This document shows positions 38,733-49,227 of a stretch of 64,000 nucleotides of DNA, piece by piece (position 1 is the first letter of the stretch; the number at the start of each line of letters is the position of its first letter). Both the position numbers and the translations under genes were made by a program. The notes beneath the pieces were generated by a model. That model saw only the letters and a program-made list of their open reading frames with translations. It had not been told where the DNA came from and did no database searches. The DNA is from Akkermansiaceae bacterium (GTDB lineage: Bacteria > Verrucomicrobiota > Verrucomicrobiia > Verrucomicrobiales > Akkermansiaceae), in assembly GCA_051251915.1 (NCBI GenBank), contig JBPOGF010000005.1, forward strand, positions 1-64,000, written 5' to 3'.

Positions 38733-38825
38733 TGGTGATAAAAATGGAATGGTTGCTGATGGCTTGGGTTTGATTCAAAAGGAGATGTGTTGATTCTTTT
38801 TCTGAGTGGTCTTAGACTAAGAGGT

Positions 38826-39761
38826 ATGAGGAAGCACCGTGTATCTATTTCATTGTTCATTACGTGGGTTTTGGTTTTGACGGTGGTTGCTGGTGAGGTG
38901 AGGGTGGTGACTTGGGATACGGATCATGCTGCTGTGCCGGCGAAGCTTGATGAGAAGCAAAAGAATCTTTTTGGGATTATACGTTTGGGGGTTTCAGTAG
39001 TACCTGAGCCTAAGGTGATGGAGTTTACGTTTCTGGGAGGTAGTGCGCTGGGGCTTTCACCAGAGCAGGCGAGGTCTTTGCAGTCTTTATTGGTGAATCG
39101 GTATAAGAAGATAGAAGCTGATGAGAGATTTTCTAGGCTTCCGTCTGCGCTACCGTATTGTTTTTCTGCGAAGAAGCCTGGAAATGGTTTAGCGTCTGTC
39201 TATGTTCCTGATTTGGTGACTGGGAAGACGAATGTGATTTTGTTTCTGCATGGGTTTGGTGGGAGCTTTATTTATTATCAACATTACTTGGCGTCAATTT
39301 TTCCTGATCATGTGATTATTTGTCCTGCGTATGGTGTTAGCTGCTCACATATTTCTAGTGTTTATCTTGAGGAGTGTGTTGAAGCGGTGAGGAAGGATGT
39401 GAAGGTTGAGTTCAAGAAGCCGGTTCTTATGGGGCTTTCGGCTGGTGGGTTTGGCGGTTTTAGAGAGTATGCTCGGCGTCCGGGTTCTTATGCTGGTTTT
39501 ATTTGTTTGGCGGCATTTCCTCCTAAAGATGTGATTCCGGTTAGTCCGCGTGATGGTAGGATCAGGGTTGTGGCTGGGGGTGATGAGGTGTTTGTGAAGA
39601 ATGGAATGTTAGGGCGTGCGGAAGATAGGTTGAAACGTCGGACTGCGGATTATGTTTCTCATCTGATAGCGGATAGTGGACATTTTTTTATGTTGAGTGC
39701 TGAAGAGGCTACAACAGTGGTTTTGAGGAAATGGAATGAGACATTGCAAGGTGAGAGGTGA
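38826..39761 (+). CDS. alpha/beta hydrolase (esterase-like)
   Basis: LFLHGFGG, MGLSAGG, GGDE, SGHFF. Confidence 0.8.
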   Translation: MRKHRVSISLFITWVLVLTVVAGEVRVVTWDTDHAAVPAKLDEKQKNLFGIIRLGVSVVPEPKVMEFTFLGGSALGLSPEQARSLQSLLVNRYKKIEADERFSRLPSALPYCFSAKKPGNGLASVYVPDLVTGKTNVILFLHGFGGSFIYYQHYLASIFPDHVIICPAYGVSCSHISSVYLEECVEAVRKDVKVEFKKPVLMGLSAGGFGGFREYARRPGSYAGFICLAAFPPKDVIPVSPRDGRIRVVAGGDEVFVKNGMLGRAEDRLKRRTADYVSHLIADSGHFFMLSAEEATTVVLRKWNETLQGER

Positions 39762-39884
39762 TAGGGTGGCGTGGTGGGGGTAAGTTTTTGTGGTTGTGGG
39801 ATGGGCTTGCAAAATGGGTGGTTGGGTTATAGAAGTTTGGTGTGCGGTGAGCAGGGGTTCTCTCTGGTGGCTGTGGACTGAATT

Positions 39885-41189
39885 ATGGCTAAGCAATCTA
39901 ACTCTAAGAGAAGACCTCGCGTGGTGATCGTGGGTGGGGGATTTGGTGGAATAGCGGCGGCTAAGCAGCTGCGGAAGACGGATGTGGATGTGATTTTGAT
40001 TGATCGGAGGAATTATCATTTGTTTCAGCCGTTGTTGTATCAGGTGGCTACGGCGGGGTTGAATCCGTCTGATATTGCGTCACCGATTCGTAAGATTTTC
40101 CGTAAGCAGAAGAATTTGAGGTCGATCTTGGGGGCGGTGGAGAGTGTGGATCTGGAGGGGCGTAGGATTTTTGTGAAGGGTGAGCCGGTGCGGTATGATT
40201 ATTTGGTGTTGGCGGCGGGTGCTACGCATTCTTATTTTGGTAAGGATGAGTGGGCTGAGCATGCTCCTGGGCTGAAGACGCTGGATGATGCTACGGAGAT
40301 TAGGCGGCGGTTTTTGTTGGCATTTGAGGCGGCGGAGGTGGAGGCTGATGTACAGGCGCGGGAGGCTAGGTTGACTTTTGTGGTGGTGGGAGGTGGTCCT
40401 ACTGGGTGTGAGATGGCTGGGGCGATGGCTGAGGTGGCGCATACGATTCCGGATGATTTCCGTGAGGTGGATACTTCTACGGCTCGAGTGATTTTGATAC
40501 AGAGCGGTGATAGGGTGTTGAAGTCATTTCCTAAGGAGAGCTCGGATGCGGCGTATGATCAGCTGAAGGATCTGGGGGTGGAGATGAAGTTGCATACGAG
40601 GGTGACTGAGGTGCGTGCTGATGGGGTGATGTGTGGGGAGGAATTTATCCCTGCCAATAATGTTTTCTGGGCAGCTGGGGTGAAGGCGAGTCCGCTGGGG
40701 GATTCTCTGGGGGTAGCGCAGGATAGGTCTGGGAGGGTGATTGTGGAGCCAGATTTGAGTGTGCCGGGGCATACTAAGGTGTTTGTGATAGGGGATCAGG
40801 CAGCGGCGAAGGATGCTAAGACGGGTGATCCGGTTCCTGGTGTGGCGCAGGGTGCGATCCAGGGTGGAGATTATGTGGGGAAGATTATCCGGAAAGAGCT
40901 TGAGGATGATACTTGGGTAGAGAGGGGAGAGTTTAGTTATTTTGATAAGGGGAATTTGGCGACGATAGGGCGGAATAAGGCGGTGGCTGATATCCGGGGG
41001 TTTAAGCTGAAGGGGTTTGTGGCTTGGTTTATCTGGGCACTGGTTCACATTATGTTTTTGGTGAATTTCCGCAGTAAGTTATCGGTAGGTTTTAGCTGGG
41101 CGTGGATGTATTTGTTTGGCAGCAGGGGGGCGAGATTGATTACAGGGAAGAGTGATTATGAGATTAAACAGGCTCCTGAGGATGAGTGA
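39885..41189 (+). CDS. ndh: type II NADH:quinone oxidoreductase
   Basis: VIVGGGFGG, HLFQPLLYQVATA, VVGGGPTGCE, WAAGV, IGD, A.QG. Confidence 0.92.
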   Translation: MAKQSNSKRRPRVVIVGGGFGGIAAAKQLRKTDVDVILIDRRNYHLFQPLLYQVATAGLNPSDIASPIRKIFRKQKNLRSILGAVESVDLEGRRIFVKGEPVRYDYLVLAAGATHSYFGKDEWAEHAPGLKTLDDATEIRRRFLLAFEAAEVEADVQAREARLTFVVVGGGPTGCEMAGAMAEVAHTIPDDFREVDTSTARVILIQSGDRVLKSFPKESSDAAYDQLKDLGVEMKLHTRVTEVRADGVMCGEEFIPANNVFWAAGVKASPLGDSLGVAQDRSGRVIVEPDLSVPGHTKVFVIGDQAAAKDAKTGDPVPGVAQGAIQGGDYVGKIIRKELEDDTWVERGEFSYFDKGNLATIGRNKAVADIRGFKLKGFVAWFIWALVHIMFLVNFRSKLSVGFSWAWMYLFGSRGARLITGKSDYEIKQAPEDE

Positions 41190-41238
41190 TTTGGATATTG
41201 ATGATTGTATAGTGAGTAGTTGGGGGTAAGTTTTTGGG

Positions 41239-42027
41239 ATGAAGGGTATCTTATTGACGTTGGTTGGGGGTGTTTTTTGCTTGGGGATGTGCTTTGTAGG
41301 GGCGCAGTCGTTGGGGCATTTATCGGGTGCTGGAGGAAACAAGGTGGTTGATGGGTGGAGGTTTTCTGGGACGCAGAAGTGGGATGGGAGGTATTTGGGG
41401 TATACGAAGGAGGAGACGCGGTATTTGGGGAAGGATTGGAGAACTCGGTTTGTGTTGCCAGAGCCTCCGGCAAATTCTTCTGAGAGGACGCGGGCGGAGT
41501 TGGAGTATTTGAAAGGGCTTATTTCTGAGCGGAAGGCGCATAAGGGGGCGATAGTGGGTGAGGTGGTTACGCAGAATTTTAGGTGGGGGAAGTATACTTA
41601 TGGGGAGTTGATTGATGGGAAGAAGTTTAAGCATACGAGTAGGTTGATATTGGCAACTTACAAGGATCTGGGGGTGGTTTGTTTTGTGTTTAAGCAGAAG
41701 TTTGATCGGGTGAGGCCGTCTGTTTTGGCGGGGAAAGTGGGGATGAAGTTAGGGACGGTGGTGGAGATTCCGGGGCATCCGGCTTATCCTAGTGGGCATG
41801 CTACGGGGGCATTTACGTTGGCGTATATTTTGCAGGAGCTTGATCCTGAGAATGGGGAGGTTTATCGGGCGGATGCTTTGAGGATTGCGCGTAATAGGGA
41901 GATTGGTGGGTTGCATTATCCGAGTGATACTGAGGCTGGGAGGTTGCTGGGGCGGCAGATTGCGGATTCGCTTATGGAGGATGAGAGTTATCGAGTGATG
42001 CTGGAAGCGGCGCGTTCTGAGTGGTAG
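41239..42027 (+). CDS. PAP2 family acid phosphatase
   Basis: KQKFDRVRP, YPSGH, REIGGLHYPSD. Confidence 0.88.
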   Translation: MKGILLTLVGGVFCLGMCFVGAQSLGHLSGAGGNKVVDGWRFSGTQKWDGRYLGYTKEETRYLGKDWRTRFVLPEPPANSSERTRAELEYLKGLISERKAHKGAIVGEVVTQNFRWGKYTYGELIDGKKFKHTSRLILATYKDLGVVCFVFKQKFDRVRPSVLAGKVGMKLGTVVEIPGHPAYPSGHATGAFTLAYILQELDPENGEVYRADALRIARNREIGGLHYPSDTEAGRLLGRQIADSLMEDESYRVMLEAARSEW

Positions 42028-42071
42028 ATTTATAGCCGTAGACAATTTTTGGATTTGAGATATAATCTGGC

Positions 42072-44066
42072 ATGATTTTTCGTCTACTTCTCATTTCAGT
42101 TCTCTTCAACTTTCAGGCTTATGCGGCTGATAAGGTATTGGTCTCGTGGCATGATTTTTCCGCGGGGTTTCAACTTTATCTTACATCTGGCACGGCAAAA
42201 GGGTCTACTTCTACGTTTCAAAGTGTAACGGGGAAAATGTATGGGGGTAAGGGTAGCAGGGATACTTGGGGATCTACTGATGGGACTTATGGATCTACTG
42301 AGCCTGTGGGATCTGTGGCTGCTGATGGAGTGATGGCTCTGCGGACGAATGGGAATAATCTGGATTTCACGATTACGAATGGTGGTAAGCGGAGCCTTTA
42401 TCTGAGTGAGATTGTGTTCGATTATGCGAGTATTAGTCCAAATGCGCCGAGTGAGTTTGAGCTCTATTATCTTTCTGGCGGGTTAAGTGATGCGAATAAT
42501 ACGTTGCTGCAGGCTTTTCCTAATAGTTTGAATGGGCTGGGAGCGGTTACTGATTATCAGGATATTTCTGTTCCTCTGACTGCTCTTAGTGATAGGACAT
42601 TAGCTCCGAATCAGACGGCGACGTTTCGTTTGAGGGCTGTGACTGCTGCTGATCAATATACGGCGATGGCGGTGGATAACATTGCGATCTTGGGTGATTA
42701 TAGCGACTTTGCTGCGTTGACTTATAATATTCATGGCGGTAAAGGGCCGGATGGTGAAGGTACTGTTACTTCGAATCTAACTAGCTTCAGGGATAATTAT
42801 ATGCATGGTGAGGATGTTTTGTGCTTGCAGGAGGTGGATTTTGATAATGGGGAGTGGGATATTATAAAGGGGATTTTTTCTGATTATCCGCATACGTTTC
42901 AGACGATTAATTCTACTACCAAGTACACTGGAGGATGGAGCTTTTTAAACCGCGAAACATCTATTGCGATTCTTTCAAAGCATCCTTTTACGTCTACTCA
43001 TGAGGAATTAGTTCAGATTGATCCAACGGAAGATAAGTGGGAGCGACATGCGCAGCATGTAACGATAGAGCTTGGAGGGGAAACGATCAATTTGTTCAAT
43101 TTCCACAACACGTATAACTTTAATGATAATGATTGGGAGTATGAGAAATCGGGGTTCGTTGCATTTAAGAACTATGTTCTCTCACGTCCTGGGATTAATT
43201 CTGTGACTACGGGTTCAAAGACGATTATGTTAGGGGATTTTAATCTCTTAGTGGCAAATGTAACACCTATCATCAACGCTCCGGCTCATAAGTATAATGG
43301 TCGAGACCATGTGTCTAGTATTCCTTTGTTCGCTCATAGTGGAGTGTATGCTACTTCTAATGCGGATCTTTCTGATCATAATGCGGTATGGGCGGCTATG
43401 GATGTGGTGGCGCCGGCTACTGATGAGTTTCTGTCTACGGCGGTGGCGCTAGGGCCGGATTCAGTGGAGCTTACTGCTGTGGCTAGTGATCCGAATGCTG
43501 TTCAGTATCTTTTTAAGAATAGCAATTACCCTGGTGGCGGTCATAATAGCGGCTGGCAGGACTCATCGGTTTTCGTTGATACTGGGTTAGAACCAGACAC
43601 GGTTTATACTTATACGGTGACGACTCGTGACAAGTCTGCGAATGGGAATGCGTCTGAGCCGTTTACTCTGACGATAGGGCCGATCAGTGATACTGATCCA
43701 CTTCCGGATAGCTGGGAGCAGCAGTATTTCTCGAATCTGTCTAGTTCTTCTGGTGGAGCAAATGAGGATTATGATGGTGATGGAGCAACTGATCTAGAAG
43801 AATATAATGCGGGCACTGATCCTACAGATGCGGAATCTCGGTTTAAGTCTTGGGTAGAGAGTAGTGGGGGAGTAATGACACTGAAGTGGACTTCTGTGGC
43901 TGACCGGACTTATCAAATCCAGAGTTCTGGTGATTTGGTGAATGGGTGGGTGACTGAGCCAACGGTGATCTCAGCGACTGCTCCTACCAACAGTGCTACT
44001 GTAGAGAGCACTGGTGATAAGAAGTTTTTCCGAGTGAAGGTGCTACCTGAAACTGCTAGTCCTTAG
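42072..44066 (+). CDS. secreted endonuclease/exonuclease/phosphatase family multidomain protein
   Basis: TYNIH, LCLQEVD, GDFN, SDH; FN3-like DTGLEPDTVYTYTV; DYDGDG..EEY.AGTDP; C-terminal KKFFRV. Confidence 0.85.
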   Translation: MIFRLLLISVLFNFQAYAADKVLVSWHDFSAGFQLYLTSGTAKGSTSTFQSVTGKMYGGKGSRDTWGSTDGTYGSTEPVGSVAADGVMALRTNGNNLDFTITNGGKRSLYLSEIVFDYASISPNAPSEFELYYLSGGLSDANNTLLQAFPNSLNGLGAVTDYQDISVPLTALSDRTLAPNQTATFRLRAVTAADQYTAMAVDNIAILGDYSDFAALTYNIHGGKGPDGEGTVTSNLTSFRDNYMHGEDVLCLQEVDFDNGEWDIIKGIFSDYPHTFQTINSTTKYTGGWSFLNRETSIAILSKHPFTSTHEELVQIDPTEDKWERHAQHVTIELGGETINLFNFHNTYNFNDNDWEYEKSGFVAFKNYVLSRPGINSVTTGSKTIMLGDFNLLVANVTPIINAPAHKYNGRDHVSSIPLFAHSGVYATSNADLSDHNAVWAAMDVVAPATDEFLSTAVALGPDSVELTAVASDPNAVQYLFKNSNYPGGGHNSGWQDSSVFVDTGLEPDTVYTYTVTTRDKSANGNASEPFTLTIGPISDTDPLPDSWEQQYFSNLSSSSGGANEDYDGDGATDLEEYNAGTDPTDAESRFKSWVESSGGVMTLKWTSVADRTYQIQSSGDLVNGWVTEPTVISATAPTNSATVESTGDKKFFRVKVLPETASP

Positions 44067-44787
44067 CGAGATCCTTGATCTTGATGTTTCTGAAAGAGAC
44101 TACGTCGCCGTGGTCTTGGAAGCAGATGTGGCCTTTGGTGGGCTTGCCGAACTGGGTGAATGGGGCGAATTTTGTGGCGGCTACTTTGGTATTCCATTCT
44201 TTTGAGCCTTTGACGTATTCGACGAGTTTCTTGCCATTGATGAAGTGCTCGCACTTCTCTGGGGTGATGATGACGTGCATGGTGTTCCATTCGCCGGCTG
44301 GGTTTGTGGCGTCGATTTTGGAGTCGTAGAGTCCGTAGAGCCAGCCGGATTTTTGTGGGTCATGGCCGTCAACGTTGTCGATGATCTGGACTTCTGGGCC
44401 GGTCTGCCATGGTTTTTCTTCGATTTCTTGGACGTGGTACATGAGGCCGCTGTTGCCTTCTTTAGATACCATGTAGTCGAACTGGATTTCGAAGCTGCTG
44501 TATTGCTTCTTGGTCATGAGGTAGCCGCCGCCTTTTGCGATGAGGGTGACGACGCCGTCTTTGAGTTGCCATTTAGGTCCTACTGCTTTTTTCTTGTAGA
44601 CTCGGAAGTTAGAGAGGTCTCCGGAAGCGAGTAGATCAACCCAATTGGATTCTGTAGATGCTTCTGTTTTGGTGGTGGAGTCTGCTTGGTCTGACTGATC
44701 TGGTGACTTGGCTTCGCAGCTGGTGAAGACTCCTGTAGCTAGGAGTGTGGGGACGATGAGTTTGAGGTTTTTGGTATTTTTGAACAT
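44056..44787 (-). CDS. DUF1080 family lipoprotein
   Basis: FTSC lipobox, GNSGLMY, GPEVQIID, GEWN, FQDHGD.VSFRNIKI. Confidence 0.9.
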   Translation of the reverse strand: MFKNTKNLKLIVPTLLATGVFTSCEAKSPDQSDQADSTTKTEASTESNWVDLLASGDLSNFRVYKKKAVGPKWQLKDGVVTLIAKGGGYLMTKKQYSSFEIQFDYMVSKEGNSGLMYHVQEIEEKPWQTGPEVQIIDNVDGHDPQKSGWLYGLYDSKIDATNPAGEWNTMHVIITPEKCEHFINGKKLVEYVKGSKEWNTKVAATKFAPFTQFGKPTKGHICFQDHGDVVSFRNIKIKDLAKD

Positions 44788-44821
44788 GGTGTAATTTAGA
44801 TCATGGAGGAATTAGATAAAG

Positions 44822-44855
44822 AAAAAACGTTACAGATCTGGCTGATCTGTAACGT
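44822..44855 (-). terminator. rho-independent terminator of the protease operon
   Basis: Perfect 12-bp stem ACGTTACAGATC/GATCTGTAACGT plus T6 on the minus strand. Confidence 0.75.
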
Positions 44856-44892
44856 CGGTAATTGAGTTTGCTGGTGAGTGTTTAGTAATTAT

Positions 44893-45984
44893 CTACTGCG
44901 GGATGGTTTTGAGCATTTCTTGGTAGACTTTTTGGGCTTCTTTGGCGGGGATGGCGAAGCTTTCTGCTCGGTTAGCTCTGGCGATGTTGATACCAACTGC
45001 TTTTCCGGCGAGGTTGAGGAGTGGGCCGCCCATCTGGCGTGAATTTTGGTCGATGTCATGCTGGAGTGCCATGGGGAAGCTGTTGCGGCGTTCTGAGAAG
45101 TCACCGCTCATTTGGTCGTTGCGGTTTTGTACTTTTTTGGCTTCGCCTTGGACTTCCTTGCGTGGTTTGAGTTCCATCTTTTGCTTGAGGGTTTTATCAG
45201 CGCGTAGGAATTCTACTTCGACGAAGTCGCCAGGTTGTTTTTCGCGGATGATGTCGATAATTTGTTCACGCTTGGTTACTTCTAGTCCGTCAAATTTCTT
45301 AATGATGTCGCCTTTAAGGATGCCGGCAGCTTCTGCGCCTGAGTCTTTGGCGACGTTGGTGATTTCTATTCCGCTTTCGTCATCTTTTTCTAGGAGGCCG
45401 ACGCCGAGCATGACGGGTAGGTCTCCTTGGATTTCGCGAGCGTGGGCGCTGATGATGCCGACGTTGACTCTGCGTCTGGATTTGCTTGAGGATCCATTGG
45501 TGACGACCCATGTGCCTTGTTCGATGTCTGTGGGGGATGCCCATTCAACAGGGGTAAGGTTTTTGGCATCAATTTTGAGGATGGCGAGGTCCCATTCTAT
45601 ATCTGATGCGAGTAGGGTGACTTTGGCGTATCGGTCGGTGTCGATGATTATTTTGAGGCCTTGTTTGAGGGTGCTTTTCTTGGTCTTGGGGTCAAAGAGG
45701 AAGAGCTCGCTGCGCTTGGTGAGGATGTAGCCGTCACTGCTCATGATGACTCCGTAGCCGATGGGTCTGGTGCCTTTATAGATGGCTGCGCTGCTCTGCT
45801 GTAGGACGGCGCGCTGAGTCTCGAAGGCGGCTTCTACTTGCTTGCCATTCATGCGCAGATCACCTGAGAGTGAGGACTGGCCGAGGGCGGGGATCTGGCT
45901 GCAGGAGACGAGTCCAAGGCAGAGGATGCCCATGGCTAGGCTGCTGCTTTTGATGCCTTTTGTGGAGAAGTGGTGAGTGTACAT
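44893..45984 (-). CDS. trypsin-like/PDZ protein with degenerate catalytic triad
   Basis: ILTKRSEL in place of LT..HV; DLAILKI; internal PDZ; QMGGPL in place of G.SGGPL. Confidence 0.85.
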   Translation of the reverse strand: MYTHHFSTKGIKSSSLAMGILCLGLVSCSQIPALGQSSLSGDLRMNGKQVEAAFETQRAVLQQSSAAIYKGTRPIGYGVIMSSDGYILTKRSELFLFDPKTKKSTLKQGLKIIIDTDRYAKVTLLASDIEWDLAILKIDAKNLTPVEWASPTDIEQGTWVVTNGSSSKSRRRVNVGIISAHAREIQGDLPVMLGVGLLEKDDESGIEITNVAKDSGAEAAGILKGDIIKKFDGLEVTKREQIIDIIREKQPGDFVEVEFLRADKTLKQKMELKPRKEVQGEAKKVQNRNDQMSGDFSERRNSFPMALQHDIDQNSRQMGGPLLNLAGKAVGINIARANRAESFAIPAKEAQKVYQEMLKTIPQ

Positions 45985-46011
45985 ATGGGAAATTGTTGGG
46001 TTGGTGAGTGT

Positions 46012-47112
46012 TTATCTGGCGCCGAGGTTGAGTTTGAGCTCTTTGGTTTTTCCGCCATCTTTTTTGATCACTGTGAGGGTGATGTCATCGCCACTTGATT
46101 TGCTTTTCATGAGGGTGACGAGTTCGGCTTCTTTGTTGATTTCCTTGCCATTTATTTTGGTAAGGATGTCGCCGATTTTGATTCCGGCTTTTCCGGCTGA
46201 GGATCCTTTTTCGACGTCGGTGATCTTGAGGCCGTTGTCGATTTCTTCGACTGCGATGCCGATGAATCCGCTGCCTAGGATTGGTTTTTTGGCAAATGGT
46301 CCTTCGCCGATGAATTCACCCTTTTTCATGGTGTCCCAGTGGGTGTGGAAGACGTGGATGGGGACGTGCATGTTGACATCGGTGACGCCACCTACGCGGC
46401 TGTGGATGCCGATGAGGGTGCCATTCATGTCAAATAGTGGTCCGCCTGAGTCTCCGCCGATGAGGGTGCAGTCTGACTGGATGGTATTTTCTGCGATTCT
46501 GACGAGTCTGCCAAGCCTGAGGCCGCTGCCGCGCTCTTTGTCGAATCCGCCTGAGTGGCCGAGTGAGAAGACCCAGTCGCCCAGTTTGGTGCTGGCGCTA
46601 TCGCGGTCTTTGGCGGGCTCGATGTTGACGTAGGGGAACTTGCCTTTTTCGGTGATTTGGATCATGGCGGCGTCGTTTGTAGAGTTGAGGCCTAGGCTGC
46701 GGGCTTTGTATTTCTTTCCGTCTTCCATGATGACTGTGAGCTCTTGGTTGACTCCTGCACTGACGTGAGCGGCGGTGAGGACGAGGCCATCTTCGGAGAC
46801 GATGACTCCACTACCTGAGCCCTGAGCGAGCTGGATACAGACGGTGGCTGGTCTGACTTTGTCTGTGCTTTTCTGGAGGAGTGCTTGGATGGTGGCGAGG
46901 TCTTCTGCGTCTGGTGCTTTTTTGTCGTTAAAGTAGGGGCGATCTGGCGGGGTGTGCTGGCTAGTCTGGATGATATTTTCTACCGGCTTCTGAGCGGTGG
47001 CTGTGCAGGCGAGTGTGACTCCACTGGTGAGGGCGATGAAGAGCCTTAGGCTGCTGCGCAGTCCGAGGGGGGATTTGGTAGTTGAGGGGTTATGAAAGTT
47101 GTTGTGCATCAT
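46012..47112 (-). CDS. HtrA/DegP-like S1C serine protease with PDZ domain
   Basis: GSGVIV, LTAAHV, DAAM, GGDSGGPL, C-terminal PDZ. Confidence 0.92.
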   Translation of the reverse strand: MMHNNFHNPSTTKSPLGLRSSLRLFIALTSGVTLACTATAQKPVENIIQTSQHTPPDRPYFNDKKAPDAEDLATIQALLQKSTDKVRPATVCIQLAQGSGSGVIVSEDGLVLTAAHVSAGVNQELTVIMEDGKKYKARSLGLNSTNDAAMIQITEKGKFPYVNIEPAKDRDSASTKLGDWVFSLGHSGGFDKERGSGLRLGRLVRIAENTIQSDCTLIGGDSGGPLFDMNGTLIGIHSRVGGVTDVNMHVPIHVFHTHWDTMKKGEFIGEGPFAKKPILGSGFIGIAVEEIDNGLKITDVEKGSSAGKAGIKIGDILTKINGKEINKEAELVTLMKSKSSGDDITLTVIKKDGGKTKELKLNLGAR

Positions 47113-47311
47113 GTCAGTCTGGTCTTGTGAGGTAGCGCCTGGGTTTCTTATTAAACGTTACTGAGGGCGGGTTTCGTTCAATATATGGGAGTTTTGATCA
47201 TTTACTATTGCTTTTACTTTAAGCGAGAAGCGGCGGGATGGGGAAGGAAAAAAGCTCGGAGTGGTGGAGGGAAATGCTGGTAATTATTGGCAGATTTGGA
47301 ATAGTGGGGCT

Positions 47312-47722
47312 ATGACCGACGAGATGAAGGAATTATTGGAAGTCGCACGTGAGGCGTGTGATTTGGCGTATGCTCCATATTCTAAATATCATGTAGGAGC
47401 TGCGGTGTTGACGGAGAAGGGGGTGTATAAGGGGGCTAATATTGAGAATGCTTCTAGTAACTTGGGGATCTGTGCGGAGCGGGTGGCGATAGGTCATGCG
47501 CGGATGAATGGAGCGACTGAGATAAAGATAGTGGCGGTGTGCTGTAGGGACGCTGAGATGCGTGATGGTGTGGTGGTGAATAGCTCAGAGACGATGCCTT
47601 GTGGTGGCTGTAGACAGTGGCTATATGAGCTGGCACCTGATGCGGTGGTGGTTTCAAATGGTACAGATGAGGTGATGACGGTGCGTGGATTGTTGCCGAA
47701 TGGATTTACACTTAAACAATGA
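47312..47722 (+). CDS. cdd: cytidine deaminase
   Basis: AYAPYS..VGAA, GANIENAS, CAER, PCGGCRQ. Confidence 0.92.
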   Translation: MTDEMKELLEVAREACDLAYAPYSKYHVGAAVLTEKGVYKGANIENASSNLGICAERVAIGHARMNGATEIKIVAVCCRDAEMRDGVVVNSSETMPCGGCRQWLYELAPDAVVVSNGTDEVMTVRGLLPNGFTLKQ

Positions 47723-47737
47723 TTCTAAGATATTTAA

Positions 47738-48667
<930 letters not shown>

Positions 48668-48694
48668 AGCTTAGAGTTAGTGCTAGAGCTCGGA

Positions 48695-49093
48695 CTAAAT
48701 TTTAAACCGGCCTTCTTCTTCAGGGACATTTCTTAGGAAATCAGCGACCTGGAGGAAGAAGGTGTGGAGTGCTGCGGTGGTGTCGGTAGGGATGCCGGCT
48801 TCGTCCATGGCTTCATCCATGAGTTTGACCCAGCGGTCTCTGGCGCGGAAATTGACCTCAAATGCAGCGTGGCGCATCCGAAGTCTGGGGTGTCCGCGTT
48901 TTTCAATATAGGTGGTGTCTGCGCCTATTCTGAATAGTAAGAAGTCTCGTAGGCGTTCTTCTGCACCGGTGAGATCGTGGCTCGGGTACATTGGTCCTAG
49001 GATGTCATCGGTGGGTATCTTTCTGTAGAAGGCGGCGCACATGGCGGTGATGCCTTCAGAGCCAATTTGGTTGAAAATTTCTTGTTCGTTCAT
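48695..49093 (-). CDS. group II truncated hemoglobin
   Basis: AFY, PMYP, Y.EKRGHPRLRMRH. Confidence 0.9.
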   Translation of the reverse strand: MNEQEIFNQIGSEGITAMCAAFYRKIPTDDILGPMYPSHDLTGAEERLRDFLLFRIGADTTYIEKRGHPRLRMRHAAFEVNFRARDRWVKLMDEAMDEAGIPTDTTAALHTFFLQVADFLRNVPEEEGRFKI

Positions 49094-49227
49094 GATGAAT
49101 TTAGTTATCAGGATAGTTGATGTAACCCAAAGCCTATTTTAAGCAAAGTATAATTGCAATGCAGATGCAGTGGTGCTAGCAATGCATTGTCGTTTAATAG
49201 AAGCGCAATTACTTTCCACTAAATTTT

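Noticed and set aside
44942..46633. Long + strand ORFs (262 aa and 218 aa)
   Set aside because: Antisense shadows of the two protease genes; the strand-biased codon usage removes stops on the opposite strand
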